This document shows, in pieces, positions 37,266 through 50,435 of a DNA stretch of 64,000 nucleotides (the stretch's first letter is position 1; each line of letters starts with the position of its first letter). The DNA is from Isurus oxyrinchus (lineage: Eukaryota), in the NCBI GenBank assembly GCA_026770705.1, contig JANJGN010000006.1, positions 44,020,001-44,084,000 on the forward strand. The letters are read 5' to 3'. A program made the translations under genes and the position numbers. The notes below the pieces were generated by a model. The model was not told where the DNA came from. It ran no database searches and saw only the letters and a list, made by a program, of their open reading frames with translations.

Positions 37266-37470
37266 CTCACCTACTAACCTAATATGCATTTGTGTTTTTA
37301 ATTTAAATGTTAAAAATTGCAGACTTTCCCTTATGTAAGGTATCTATTTTAAACTTTCTAGCCATGTGGACTGAGTGACTCAATAGATTGCTAAATTTTG
37401 CTTCTGAATTTTCAGTTTAATAGATATTTCATCTACCTGCTGGCTGCTTGTCCAAAGAAATGAGTTTGCA
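37266..37470 (+). pseudogene. PKHD1: PKHD1 relic, PbH1 region
   Basis: SPTNLI vs SPTNVI; GIYFKLSSH vs GYFFHLMTN. Confidence 0.55.
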
Positions 37471-38147
37471 GACTAGGAGGGGCGGCTGAGGAGGCAGCTC
37501 AGAAATTACAGAGTGATTTAAATAAAATAGATAACTGGATAAAGCAATGGCATGAAATTTAATGCAGACTATCATGAAATTTTACATATAGGGAGAAAAT
37601 ATAAGTAGTATTGAAATAGATTATGATGCAACTGAAAGAAGCCCAGGGCCAGAATTTTACATTCGGCATGCGGGCACAGGCCTGACACGCCGGAATGTAA
37701 AATGATGTCAGGCGTGTGTCCCGACGTCACCATGCACCATCTCGATATATCAGTAGGCGGGCATATTAATGTCGGGCACTATGAGGACGGAGGCGTGCCC
37801 GCCATTAATTAACGGGTGCCAGTTAAGGCCCTTGAGGCACCAATTGTATTTGATTTTATGCAGCCCGTGCGATTTTCAGGGCGTCGCATGGGCGCAGCGG
37901 GCAGGCGGGTAGGCCACATCTTCAAAAACCTTATCCACGGGTGGGATAAGAGGGGTGAGTGGGCTCGCTGATGCGAGTTGTTAGTACTTTAGATTATAAC
38001 TTGCTGCTGCTTGCTTGTGTGAACAGGACAACTTAATTTCTCTTCAGAGCTTCTTTGACAGAAATAACAGGCTTCAATTCAGGACTCTGGAGGAGTCATA
38101 ACACTTGGGGCCTTCCAGGTATCAGACAACCTTCCCTTGCCCTGGGA

Positions 38148-39378
38148 ATGGGGATTGTGCTCTTGGCTGGAGGCACCTCCTCTGAGGGGGAAGAGAGGGC
38201 CAGAAGGTGGAGGATGCCAGGTTTCTCTATTCCTCCAGGGGAGCTACCTTTGGGAGGACAGACGCAGGCACAAGGGGCGGAGGGCGAACAGGAAGCACGA
38301 GACGTAAGGGGCCGTAGAAGATGCCACTATCCTGCTGCCAGGGTTTAAAGGTAGTGATGCAGCTACTTCAGTATGTCTGAGGTGCAGTACCGAAGGAGTA
38401 TCCATCTCTCAAGGTAGCAAGTGCCCTCCATCTGTCGGATGATCGGCCCTGAGATCAGCTCTGACTGTGTGGGTGGACACTCCATACCAGTGGCGTTGAA
38501 GGTCACAGTGGCCCTCAACTTATATGCCTCTGGCTGTTTCCAGGGGTCAGTGGGTGATCTTTGTGGAGTCTCCCAATCAGCTGTCCATAATTGTGTCAAG
38601 CTGGTGACAGATGCTCTGTTCAGGCATGCACTAACTTTCATTCACTACTGCACAGACAAGGCCATCCAGGTAGAGTGAGCCAGAGGCTTTGCCGCGATTG
38701 CTGGCTTCCCCTGCGTCCAGGGTGCAATCGACTGCACACATGTGACAGTCAAGGTGCCAGCGGGTCAGCATGGTGCCTTTGTCAACAGGAAGGGATTCCA
38801 CTCCATGAACGTGCAGATAAGTATGTGACCATAGGATGCAGATTCTGCAAGTCTGTGCAAGGTGCCCAGGCAGCTCCCATGGCGCTTACATCCTGAGACA
38901 CTCCCAGGGGTTAAGGCTCTTCAGTGCTCCAGCCCGGCTGGATGGATGGCTGCTGGGTAACAAGGGTTATCCCCTCAAAAAGTGGTTCACGACGCCTCTC
39001 CGCCATCCAAGAACAGAGGCCGAGCGGCAGTACAATAGGAGCCATGCCTCCACATGGGCTGTGGTAGAGAGAACCACTGGTCTTCTCAAGATGTGCTTCC
39101 GATGCCTGGACCGTTCAGGGGGCGCACTCCAGTATCCCGCAGATCGTGTGTCACTGATAGTGGTTCCATGCTGTGCTGTCCACAATTTGGCACTGGAAAG
39201 GGGGGACACAGTAGGAGAAGATGTTGACGCAGCTGCTCTGGCAGCAGATGATGAGTCCAGTAGTGAGTCCGAGGATGAACACGGTCAGGAGAACACTGAG
39301 GGGATAGACGCCAACCTGGGCAACCTCCAGGGAGGCAAGGACACCCAGGAGGTTTTAATCCAACGATCCTTCAGCTAG
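38148..39378 (+). pseudogene. Harbinger (HARBI1-like DDE) transposase, disrupted
   Basis: VTVALNLYASGCFQ; GFPCVQGAIDCTHV; NRKGFHSMNVQ; PGSSHGAYIL; LLGNKGY; VERTTGLLK. Contains stops and frameshifts. Confidence 0.9.
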
Positions 39379-39699
39379 CATACCAAAGGTGAACCACCAC
39401 TGCATGCCAGGGCTGCAGTCTCCACACTTGATACCTGACAGGAACATTTGCTTGGTGAACAACGTGCACTATGTGCCATTCAAATAAAGTTCAATGACAA
39501 GCAAGTCACTGATAACATCATGGGTTACCCTTCACCTGCAGAACTAATGAAGCACCCAGAGGCTTGTTGAACACAAACATTTAATGGTGTGGTGCCTGGC
39601 ATTCATAAAACAAATTAAATGGAATGGTGTTCTCCATCACACCTACTAATAAATAACTTAAAAGTGGGGCAAAAAATATCACCAATGATAAGCCTGTGT

Positions 39700-40540
39700 T
39701 GTGCTTAAGGTGCTTTAAGTTTGCATTTGCGGGCGCTACGTCTAGGTGCTCCCTCCTCGCTGGCACTGGCATTGGAGACAGGCTACTCACTCTGCTTTCC
39801 TGTTGGCCTTGATGACCTCATCGGATCCCATGGTCTTTGGCAGAGGGATGGAGGAGCTGCTGCCCTCATCCAGAGCGCCCTGAGAGGAGCCCGCAGAGAC
39901 GACTGGCAGTTTGTGCGCCAACGTCAAGTCACTTTGGAACTCCCTGCTCACCATTGATGGATGGGCACTTAGCTGGGATACTGGGTGCCCAATCCACTTC
40001 CCTGAGGTCATTGCAGGTGTGAGGGCTTGCAGGTCCGAGTGCATCCCCAGGAAGCCCTTATTGAGCTCCTGGAGAAGCCTCTCCATGAAAGTCGCCACTC
40101 TGTCCATGGAGGAAGCATCACACTTGGCTTTGAGGGTCATTGCATTGCTCATGCTCCGCATGGATTCCACAACGGAGCCCAAGTCACGCATTCCTTCATG
40201 TATCTCCGCCAGATCCTTTCGCACACCCTGCTGGACCTCCAGCATCTGCTGCCTCAGGGACAACTCCAGAGACCCATCATCAGCCACTGACTGAGCATGT
40301 TCCTGGTCCCCAACAGTCCTCCGACTGCCAGCTCCTGGGCATTCTTTGCCTCTGCCTGCACCTCAAGCGAATGTGAAGTGCCCTCAATGCTGTGCACCGA
40401 GATACTTTCCGCCAATCTAATGCCCACCGAGGTGCTGGTATCTGCACTGGTGCCTGCCTGGCTGAGAGGGTGTGGCGCTGGTGCATTTCTCTCGTCTGTG
40501 TCCTCTAGGGTGAGTGGTGGACCTTTAGGCTCCTGACCCT
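39700..40540 (-). pseudogene. C-terminal part of the Harbinger partner (Myb/SANT-type ORF2); SANT exon not seen
   Basis: Convergent ORF LELSLRQQMLEVQQGVRKDLAEIHEG (coiled-coil-like) in the position typical of Harbinger ORF2. Confidence 0.6.
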
Positions 40541-41744
40541 GATGGGCTTCTGATGACAGCCTGTATGCGTTTTTCTCGTCTGTGTCCTCTGGGGTGAGTT
40601 GTTTTTGAATTGGTTACCAGGTCGCCACTGGACCCGGCAGACATTGAGCTCCCGCCCCCGCACGCTGATGCCAGAGTCGTGTCTTGCACTGGATGGGCCT
40701 TAATTGGCTGGCCCGCGTAAAATAGCGCTGTGGAGCCGACCGTCCTCACCCGCTCCTGCTGAGCACGCACGACCAATGTCAAATTCTGGTCCAGGAAGTC
40801 CTAATAAACCTGATTCTCAACAAATCTGATCAATATAGATCTGCAGCCAACAAAATCAATTGAAAAATCGTGACCAAGCTATTTAATTGCTCTGGTCAGT
40901 CCACGCATTGCATACTGAACCCAATTCGGTTTGCCTAGGCACAAGGAAGAGAATGAAGCAGTAGAATTAGTGCAGAGAAGAATCTTGAGGCTGATCCTTC
41001 ATGTCAAAGGTTGAGCTGTGAGGGAAGACCAGAGAATATCAGGCTTTACATTGCAGAAAGGGATTATCGACCAGGAGATCTTCTAGAGATAAATAGGGTA
41101 CTTAATAGAATGAGGAGGGTTGATCCAGAATATCATTTTAAATTGCAACAGTAGGATGAGGGGACACAGGTTCAAACTAGTAAAGAGTAAATTTGGGACT
41201 TATTAAGAAATTCTACTTCAGACAAGGAGTGATCAACACATGGAATGGGCTCCCAGGAACACTGGAGGAGCTGAAAACACTGGAATAGTTTCAAAAATAA
41301 ATTCAGGTGGGATTTTCCAGCCCCGCCTGCAGCCAGGATTGTTCGATGCCACTGAAAGTCAATGGATATTTGGCTGGGCTGCTGCAATCCCTGTCACGGC
41401 AGGGCCGGAAAATCTGGCCAAAATGTGGGCACTTAGGATCTCTGGATGGGTGAATAAAAACTAGGTTTTCCTTGTATGTAATTTATCTTGTGATCATGTA
41501 AATATGGATAACTTAAAGGAACAAATCCACCTATAGCTTTGCACAACTAAGTAGTTTAAAGATGCCTATAGTGAGAAATTGAAGTGTCACATTGAAACAG
41601 TGATGGATAGTTTTCTGATGTTGGGGTTAAGGCTTGAATTGTGTGGATGGAGCTTTATTCTTCCCCTTGCCATGGTGTGTCTAAACCATGACCCATAGCC
41701 CATAAACCCTGATAATTTGGTCAACAAATACAGTCATACCTAGC

Positions 41745-42212
41745 AAAAGGAATGGTTGTGGTTGTTGGGGGTCAAAGATCTCAGCTCCAGGGACATCACT
41801 GCAGGAGTTCCTCAGTGTCCTCGGCCTAACCATCTTCAGCTGCTTCATCAATGACCTTCCTTCTATAATAATGTCAGAAGTGGAGTTGTTTGCTGAAGAT
41901 TGCATGATGTTCAGCACATTCGCGACTCCTCAGATACTGAAGCAGTCCATGTCCAAATGCAGCAAGACCTGGACAATATCCAGGCTTGGGCTGACAAGTG
42001 GCAAGTAACATTCACTTCACTCAAGTGCCAGGCAATGATTAACTCTTAACAAGAGAGAATTAATCATTGCCTTTTTCATTCAATGGCATTACCATTGCTG
42101 AATCCTCCTCTATCAACGCCCTGGAGGTTCCATTGACCAGAAACTGAACTGGATTAGCCATATAAATACTGTGGCTCCAAGAGCAGGTCAGGAGCTAGAA
42201 ATCGTGCAGCAA
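41745..42212 (+). mobile_element. HER1-type LINE RT fragment
   Basis: Matches 59230-59670. Confidence 0.85.
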
Positions 42213-43380
42213 TCTTCAGTACTTTCCAAGCTCCTACCATACATATTGTAATCCCTTGCCTTGTTAGTCCTCCCCAAGTCCATTAGCTCACACTTTTCTG
42301 GGTTGGATTCCATTTGCCACTGCTCTGCCCACCTGACCAGTCCATTGATATCCTCGTGCAGTTTACAGCTATCCTCCTCACTGTTTACCATCCTACCAAT
42401 TTTTGTATCATCAGCAAACTTCTTGATCATAGCCCCTACATATAAGTCCAAATCATTTATGTACACCACAAACAGCAAGGTCCCCAGCACTGAGCCCTGT
42501 GGAACCCCACTGGAAACAGACTGCCAGTCACAGAAACATCCCTCTACCATCACCCTCTGTTTCCTGCATCTCAGCTAATTTTGGATCCAACGTGCCACTT
42601 TACCTTGGATCCCATGGGCTTTTACTTTCTTGACCAGTCTGTCATGAGGGACCTTATCAAAAGTCTTGCTAAAGTCCATGTAGACCATATCAAGTGCATT
42701 ATCGTCATTAACACACCTAGTTACCTCTTCAAAAAATTCAATCAAATTTATCAAACACAACCTTCCCTTAACAAATCCATGCTGACTATTCCTGATTAAT
42801 CCAAGTGCAGATATATTTTGTCCCTCAGAATTATTTCTAGTAATTTCCCCAACACCGAGGTTAGACTGACTGGCCTGTCATTTCCTGGTCTCCTCCCTCC
42901 TTTTTTTAAATAATGGGACAATGTTAGCAGTCTTTCAATCCTTTGGCACCTAACCTGTGGCCAGAGAGGATTTTAAAATCATTGCCAGGGTCCCTGATAT
43001 CTCTTCCCTTGCCTCCCTCAATGGCCTGGGATACATCTCATCTGGGCCTGTGGATTTATCCACTTTTAATGCCACTAAACTCGCTTGTATCTCCCCTTTC
43101 TCTAAGTTAATTTCCTCTAGTATTTCAGGTTCCGCCACCCTGATGTCTATTCCTGTGTTGTACTTTTCCATTGTGAAGACTGATGCAAAGTATTCATTGA
43201 GGACTGTACCCATGCCTTCCAGGTCCACACACACATTACCTCTGTGGTTCCTAATTGGCCCTACTCTTTCTCTAGCTATTCTCTTGTTCTTTATATATTT
43301 TAAAAGCCTTTTGCATTTTCTTTTATTCTACCACCAATGCTTTGGGAATCTACCATATTGAGCCCTCGGTATCTGCAGCC
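42213..43380 (-). mobile_element. CR1 LINE RT fragment
   Basis: SGVPQGSVLGTLLFVVYINDLD..KFADDTK; YMDFSKTFDKVPH. Confidence 0.92.
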
Positions 43381-46300
43381 TGTAGTCTGTAGAAGTGTTT
43401 TCAACAGAAGTGTTGCAGAGAGAGCATCCTGGATTATTTCCAGGCTGTGAGATAACAAGATCACAGGCTCATACGTTAAAAGAAAAAGAACAGTAAGTTT
43501 GAAGACAGAGAGAAGGTGTGGAAGTCCATTAACCAGCACTATGTTTGAAAACCTTGTTCAGGAAGAAAGACTGGAAGACAATGCAACTAAATTGTTTAAC
43601 TCAAGGCAGTTTGTGGAGTTACAGAAAAAGGATTCTGAAATAAAACAGTCGTATCAAAGAGCTTACTCAGAAACAGAGGAAGAATGTATTCCAGTATGTT
43701 ATTACCTTAAGGATAATGTTTTAATGAGAAAATGGAGGCCTTATCATGTTTCAGCAAATGAAAGCTGGAGGAAGGTGCGTCTGATTGAAAAACCATTTGT
43801 ATATAAAAATGAGATTCTGAGGATTGCTCATGAAATTCAATGAGGGCACATTTAGCGATTAGGAAGACACAAGCAGAAATAAAACAACATTTTTATTGGC
43901 CTGGATTATATAGGGATGTTGTCAAATTCTGTAGAACATGTTACACATGTCAGGTGATAGGGAAACCACAAACAGTGATTAAGCCGGCACCTTTAATTAC
44001 AATTCCAGCATTTGAAGAATTTTTACTAGGGTCATGATTGTGTAGGTCCCCTCCCTAATATGAAAAGCGGAAATCAGTACTTACTGATAATTATGGATGC
44101 ATCTACCAGTTTCCTGAAACAATACTTTTGAGAAATATTACAACAAAGAAAATTGTTGAAGAGTTAGTTAAATTTTTTACAAGATATGGTTAATCTAAAG
44201 AAATACAATCAGATCAGGGCTCAAATTTCATGTCACAGCTGTTTAAGGAAGTAATGCACAGTTTGGGGATAAAACAATTTAAATCAACAGCTTAGCATCC
44301 TGAGTCACAAGAGGCTTTGGAAAGATAGCATCAAACTTTAAAAACTAGGATGATGGCATATAGTCAGGATTATGCACAGAATTGGGATGGGGAATTCCAT
44401 TCCTGTTATTTGCTATTAAGGATGCACCTAATGCATTGACTGGTTTTAGTATTTTTGAACTAGTTTATGGTCATGAGGTAAGGGGATCAATGAAATTGAT
44501 GCATGAGAAATTGGGGTCAAAATTCAGAAATGACTCTCCTGGATTATGTATCAAGTTTCAGAGAGAGATAGGCCAGAGCATGTGAGTTAACTAGGGAACA
44601 TTTAAAGATATCACATCAAGTGATGAAAGTGAAGGCAGACAGGAAAGCTGCAGCTCATAGTTTTGTTGATCAGAATAAAGTTCTAGTTCTGCTACCAGTA
44701 CTGGATGACTCGTTAAAGGCAAGGTTTAGTGGGCCTTAGAGGATTGAAAAGAAATTCAGTGAAGTAGGTTATTTAATAAATACTCCAGATAGAAGAAAGA
44801 AGCAGAGGGTTCGTCATGTAAATATGCTTTAAAAGTACTTTGACAGGGAAGAAGGCCAAAAGGAGGCATTCATGGTGGTAGATAATGAGAAAGAGGTAAG
44901 AATGCAGGATTCTGTAATTGATTTTCCTCTAATCAAATTGGATAATGAAGGGGCACTTGAAAATGTAATATTGTGATTTGGAGAAGTTTTTGTGGTCACA
45001 CAAGCCTATTTGTGGCAATAAGCTGGGCAGGACGAATTTAGCTATACATGATGTATGTGTAGAGATTTCATCTTCAATAAGGCAACATCCTTATAGATTA
45101 AATGTGGCAAAGTTATCACAAGTACAGAAAGAAATTGATTTCACGTTTCAAAATGATATCATTGAATCTAGTTGCAGTAACTGGAGTTCACCTATTGTGC
45201 TAGTACCAAAACCAGATGGAACACAAAGACTGTGTGTGCACTATTGAAAGGTGAATGTGGTGACAAAAGCAGATTCATATCCTATACCACATTTGGAAGG
45301 TTGCATTGAGAAAGTGAGACAATCAAAATTTATCACAAAGGTTGACTTGCTAAGAGGATATTTGCATGTATAGGAGAGAGCAAAGGAGATATTGGCTTTT
45401 GTGACACCGGATGGACTATATCAGTTTAAAGTCATGCCATGTGGTGTGAAAAATGCACCTACAACATTTCAAAGACTGACAAAGTAATTGCAGGTCTGAG
45501 CAATTGTGCTGTTTATATTGATTACTTGATAGTTTTCAGTCAGATGTGGGAGGAGCATTTACAACATCTGGAATTATTTACTTGGTTACAAGAAGCTAAT
45601 TTGGTGGTGAACTTGGCTAAAAGTGCATTTGCAAAAGCGCAAGTTACATATCTAGGTCATACCATTATACATGGTAAGGTGGCTCTGAGGCTTGTGAAAG
45701 TCAAGGCTTTTGAGGATTTCTCCATGCTGACAGCAAAACAAGAAGTTTTGGGATTTCTGGGCATAAGTGCGTTTTATTGGAAATTTGTATTTAATTTTAG
45801 CCAAGTGTTTGCTCCATTGACTGAACTATTAAAAAAGAACAAGAAGTTTCAATGAACACAGTAGTGTCAGAAGGCATTTGACAGTTTGAAAACTGTATTA
45901 ATTACGACACCAATTTTGGCTGTTCCAAATTACACCAAGCAATTTAAGTTGGCAATTGACACAATTGGAGCCCTACTGTTACAACACTGGAATTGAAAAA
46001 CTGATAGGGTATTTTTCACAGAATTTGAATGTAGAGAAAATATTCAGTAATCGAAACGTAAACCAAGGGCAGAATATTTCCATCGGCGGTGGGTGGGGAC
46101 CTGCACACCGATACATAAAGTTGGGTTGGGACCCGCAAGCTAATGCATAAAGTGAGGTGGGTTACGTCGGGTGGAACTCCTGATGTCGCCCCACAGCATT
46201 TACATTTTCAGGTCGGCGGGCGCAGAGCCGAGTTGGCTGCGCACCCACCGACCTGTCAACAGCCTATTAAGGCCATTAAGAAACCAATTCAGCTTATTAA

Positions 46301-48153
46301 TGAACCTGTCTGCCCAACCTTAAGGTTGGTGGGCAGGCCGGGAGCCCAGGTGGGCTTGTGAAAAAACATGAAACCTCATCTGCTGGCAGGATGAGGCTTC
46401 ATGAGGGTTTTTAAATTTTAATGAAAGGTTGCAATAAAAGTTATGGACATGTCCCAACTCATGTGACAATGTCACATGACGGGGCATGGCAGAGAAAATT
46501 TTTAAACTCCTTCATCAAAAGTTTCAAAATGGAGCCGATCTCCCTGAGGCAGCACTGTGTCCCGGCTGAGGGAATCCCCCCCCAGCCCACACAGGGAGCG
46601 CATAGCGCTTTCTGGCGGACGTCACGCTGGGCGGGCCTTAATTGGCCCGCCCATGTAAAATGGTGGCACGCCCCCGACTGGGGCCGCTGATCGGGACCTC
46701 ACTCCCGCTCTCTCCCCCCCCCCCCCCCCCCGATGGGGGAATGTTTTTCCCTTGGGTTTAGTGTTCGCGTTGCAGCATTTTGAGATTTATGTGGCAAGCA
46801 ATTCATCAGAAACAATTGTGTATACAGATCACAATCCTTTAAAGTTTCTGGACAAATTTCGATTCAGAAGTGCAAGGCTGTTCAAATGGAGTATATTACT
46901 GCAATCGTTTAATCTACAGACTGTACATGTGGCGGGACAAGAAAATCTGATTGCAGGTGCGTTGTGAAGGATTTGAAGCTTAAAGGGAAATTGGACATTT
47001 AAAACCTGCACACTGCACTGGAAAGATTTCTGTTGATACCAAGGATTTATACATATATTGTTATGTTAACGCATGCATCTGGTAATGTAATAATATAAGT
47101 ATAGGAGGTAATGTAAGATGGGTTCAAAAAATGAAGTTCAGTAAATGGAACAACCACACTACTAAAATTTGGTACAAATTTCCAATAAGAGGCACTTCTG
47201 CCTAGAAATCCCAAAACTTCTTGCTATGCTGTAGGCTTTTAAATTATGATGGTTCTTTTTTTAATAAGGAGGAGGATGTCAGGAAGATATAATAATTTTC
47301 ATAATGTTTTTGGAATTTATTGTAGAGTAATAGTGGGGTCTGTGCCTATGGGTCGCTGTGTGTGTTTGTGTGTGTGGGACTTAATTGAATTAAGGCTTGA
47401 AGGCTTTGATATATCAGAATATAAGCTAGGTTTGAGATGTTAAATAGGTAAACATGGATGAAGTTTTAGAGTGTAAGGTGTAAAGGGAACATTTACATTT
47501 TTAAATAAACCAGTCTAGCTTGAATTCAAAAGAGTGGGTGAAATGTTTCATTTTCCCAGGAGAAGTTAAGAAACTATGTGTTCTGGTAAAATTGGCACTA
47601 TGATAGATTTTATTGTTAGAGAAGTAAAGTCCAAAGACATAATGAAACAATGAGAATTTGCATTCAAAGGGGAAAATACGCCTAAAGGAGAGAAGGCTGT
47701 GTATAAAGGAAGGCATTCTAAGATCTAACAAGTGTGAAAAACCTTTAGTCTCTAAGCCTCAAACTGCTGTCTGCAAACACAGAAATTAAGAAAACTCACT
47801 TTGAATTCAACTGTTCAGGGTATCATGTTACTTTGCCTGGGCCTTTTAACATCTATGTATTTTACTGTTGCCTTAATGGAGGTGAAACTGGGAGTTAGAT
47901 TAACTGGGGAAGCAAGGAGTTATAGTAGTAATTTATAAACCTATGTATGTGCTTGAAATCATTTTCTCCTCCAATTAATAAAGGGTTAATTTAGTTTTGT
48001 AAGAAACCTGTAAGACTCAGTGGTCTTATTACTACTGAGTTCAAAGCATGCATCTTGAAATATATACAAATTGCAAAACAGTTGTGGTAATAGTTTAAAG
48101 TTTCCCTTTGGGATTTGAGCAGCTCAGCATTTATCATCAGCTGTGCCATTCCA
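43381..48153 (+). mobile_element. Gmr1-like Gypsy retrotransposon (integrase upstream of RT), 5'-truncated, with 3' LTR
   Basis: Integrase HHCC at 43810-43955 (AHEI..HLAIRKT..CRTCYTCQ), integrase core SDQGSNF at ~44210, RT (WSSPIVLVPKPDG at ~45182, VYIDY at ~45510), RNase H (VYTDHNPL at ~46820), PPT aaggaggagga, then the LTR at 47277-48153. Confidence 0.9.
46067..46751. mobile_element. Harbinger-type MITE inserted in the Gypsy RNase H
   Basis: Begins gggcagaata; reverse-complement homologue of 26529-27170; splits KYSVIE.../LGLVFALQHF. Confidence 0.85.
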
Positions 48154-48171
48154 AGTGTGCCTGAGAAAACA

Positions 48172-48280
48172 AACAACAAACACAGCTGGATAATTATTTT
48201 TTAAGCTGTTGAAATTTATTCTATGCCTTTACAAGAGCAGAGAAGTATCATATTGGAATCAGCACTGCCAATATTGTAAT
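48172..48280 (+). pseudogene. PKHD1: PKHD1 relic, human aa ~2600-2630
   Basis: NKHSWIIIF*AVEIYSM vs NPRGWMALLLDQETYSL (ungapped). Confidence 0.55.
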
Positions 48281-48529
48281 CCTCTTCAACAGAAGCTTGA
48301 AGCATAATGATATGGAAAGCTGGTCACAGTAAACTGGCATGGAGCAAAGGAATCCCTTTGCAATACACTTCAGTCCAGTTTATAGCTTTCTATTTTGCCT
48401 TTCTTCAATGCACCACCAGGCATACATCAGTACTGATCCAGAGGTCCACACATGTGTGATGCTCCTTATATTTAGGGGCCTATTTTATCCCTTTTGTTTT
48501 CAATGTCTGGTGCCCCTGTTACAAGAAAT

Positions 48530-50130
48530 TCTGAGGAGGTGTTAGCGGTTTTGGCAGGCTTAAAAGTGGATAAATCCCTGGTCCCAGATGAGATGTATCC
48601 CAGGCTGCTATGTGAGGCAAGGGAGGAGATTGCACAGGCTCTGACACTAGTTTTCAAATCCTCTCTGGCCACAGGGAAGGTGCCAGAGGACTAGAGGACA
48701 GCGAATGTGGTATCACTATTCAAGAAGGCTAGTAGGGATAAACCAGGTACTTACAGGCCAGTGGGTTGAACATCAATGGTAGGGAAACTATTGGAAAAAA
48801 TTCTGAGGGACAGGATTAATATCCACTTGGAGAGGCAGGGATTAATCAGGGATGGTCAGCATGGCTTTGTTAGGGAGAGATCATGTCTAACAAATTTGAT
48901 TGAATTTTTTGAGCAGGTGACTAGTTGTGTAGATAAGGGTAGTGCAGTTGATGTAGTCTACATGGTCTTCAGTAAGGCTTTTGACAAGGTTCCACTTGGG
49001 AGAATGTTCAAGAAGGTAAGAGCCCATGGGAACCAGGGAATTTGGCAAATTGGATCCAAAATTGGCTTAGTGGCAGGAGGCAGGGGGCGATGGTCGAAGG
49101 TTGTTTTTGCGATTGGAAGATTGTGACGAGTGGTGTACCGCAGGGATCGGTGCTGGGACCCTTGCTGTTTGTAGTGTACATTAATGATTTAGATATGAAT
49201 ATAGGAGGTATGATCAGTAAGTTCGCAGATGTCATGAAAATTGGTGGTGTCGTAAATAGTAAGGAGGAAAGCCTTAGATTACTGCATGATATAGATGGGC
49301 TGGTAAGATGGGCAGAGCAGCTGCAAATGGAATTTAATCCTGAGAAGTGTGCGGTGGTGCATTTTGGGAGGACTAACATGGCTAGGGAATACACAATGAA
49401 TGGTAGGACCCTAGGAAGTACAGAGGATCAGAGGGACCTTGGTGTACATGTCCATAGATCCCTGAAGGCAGCAGCACAGGTAGATAAGGTTTTTAAGAAG
49501 ACATATGAGATACTTTCCTTTATTAGCTGAGGCATAGAATTTAAGAGCAGGGAGATTATGTTGGAGCTGTATAAAATGCTGGTTAGGCCACATTTAGAGT
49601 ACTGTGTGCAGTTCTGGTTGCCACACTATAAGAAGGATGTGACTGCACTGGAGAGGGTGCAGAGGAGATTCACCAGGATGTTGCCCGGGCTGGAGCATTT
49701 CATCTATGAAAAGAGACTGGACAGGCTAGGGTTGTTTTCCTCAGGGCAGAGAAAGCTGAGGGGGAACCTGATAGAGGTATGCAAAATTATGGGGGGCATA
49801 GATAAGAAGAAACTTTTTCCCTTAGTGGAGGTGTCAGTAACCAGGGGGCATAGATTTAAGGCAAGGGGCAGGAGGTTTAGAGGGGATTTGAGGAAAAGTT
49901 GTTTTCACCCAGATGGTGGTTGGAATCTAGAACACACTGCCTGAAGGGGTGGTAGAGGCAGGAATCCTCACAACATTTAAGAAGTATTTAGATAAGCATT
50001 CAAATTGCCATGGACTAAAGGGCTACGGGCCAAGTGCTGGAAAATGGGATTAGAATAGATATGAGTTTGATGGCCGGCAAGGACACGATGGGCCAAAGGG
50101 CCTGTTTCTGTGCTATATAACTCTATAACT
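48530..50130 (+). mobile_element. CR1 LINE RT through 3' tail
   Basis: QHGFVRERSCLTNLIEFF; SGVPQGSVLGPLLF; HLEYCVQFW; (aactctat)n tail. Confidence 0.95.
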
Positions 50131-50189
50131 CTTCTCTCTTGCTGACCTGAAGATTGGTACAAGATGATTTTTAAGATTTTAAAAATATC

Positions 50190-50435
50190 TAAAGTATTTT
50201 CTGTCCCATTCTCAACACATACCCGAGACTCTGAGCCTTTTGGTGGCCAGCTTTCCTTTTCCAAAAGTTTTACATACAAGGGAAATCCTAGTCCAACACT
50301 TGCCCATCCCCACCTCATCCTCCTGCCCACCACCATCCCCTGATCATGGGCAGCTCAATGTTTATTGGAAGAAAACACATATCTTAAAGGTAAATGGGAT
50401 TAACGCAAGAGAGAGGGAAGTAAAAATTACTATAA
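50190..50435 (+). pseudogene. PKHD1: PKHD1 relic, human aa ~2650-2715
   Basis: YFLSH/LNTYP vs YLLLVHTDLPPYP; PSPDHGQLNVYW vs PSPGQNQGCDW; EREVKITI vs EGQVQVIL. Confidence 0.55.

Larger units (their letters stand above)
37647..40791 (+). mobile_element. PIF/Harbinger DNA transposon with both TIRs, inserted in an old CR1
   Basis: TIRs ggccagaattttacattcggcatgcg and its counterpart gaccagaatttgacattggtcgtgcg; TSD CAG; transposase on +, partner ORF remnant on -. Confidence 0.92.

Noticed and set aside
38148-39378. Domesticated host HARBI1 gene
   Set aside because: It lies within TIRs and a TSD and is disrupted by stops and frameshifts.
41520-41640. Possible PKHD1 segment TVMDSFLMLG vs SVTDSLLLG
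   Set aside because: It also resembles a CR1 3' end, so the assignment is ambiguous.
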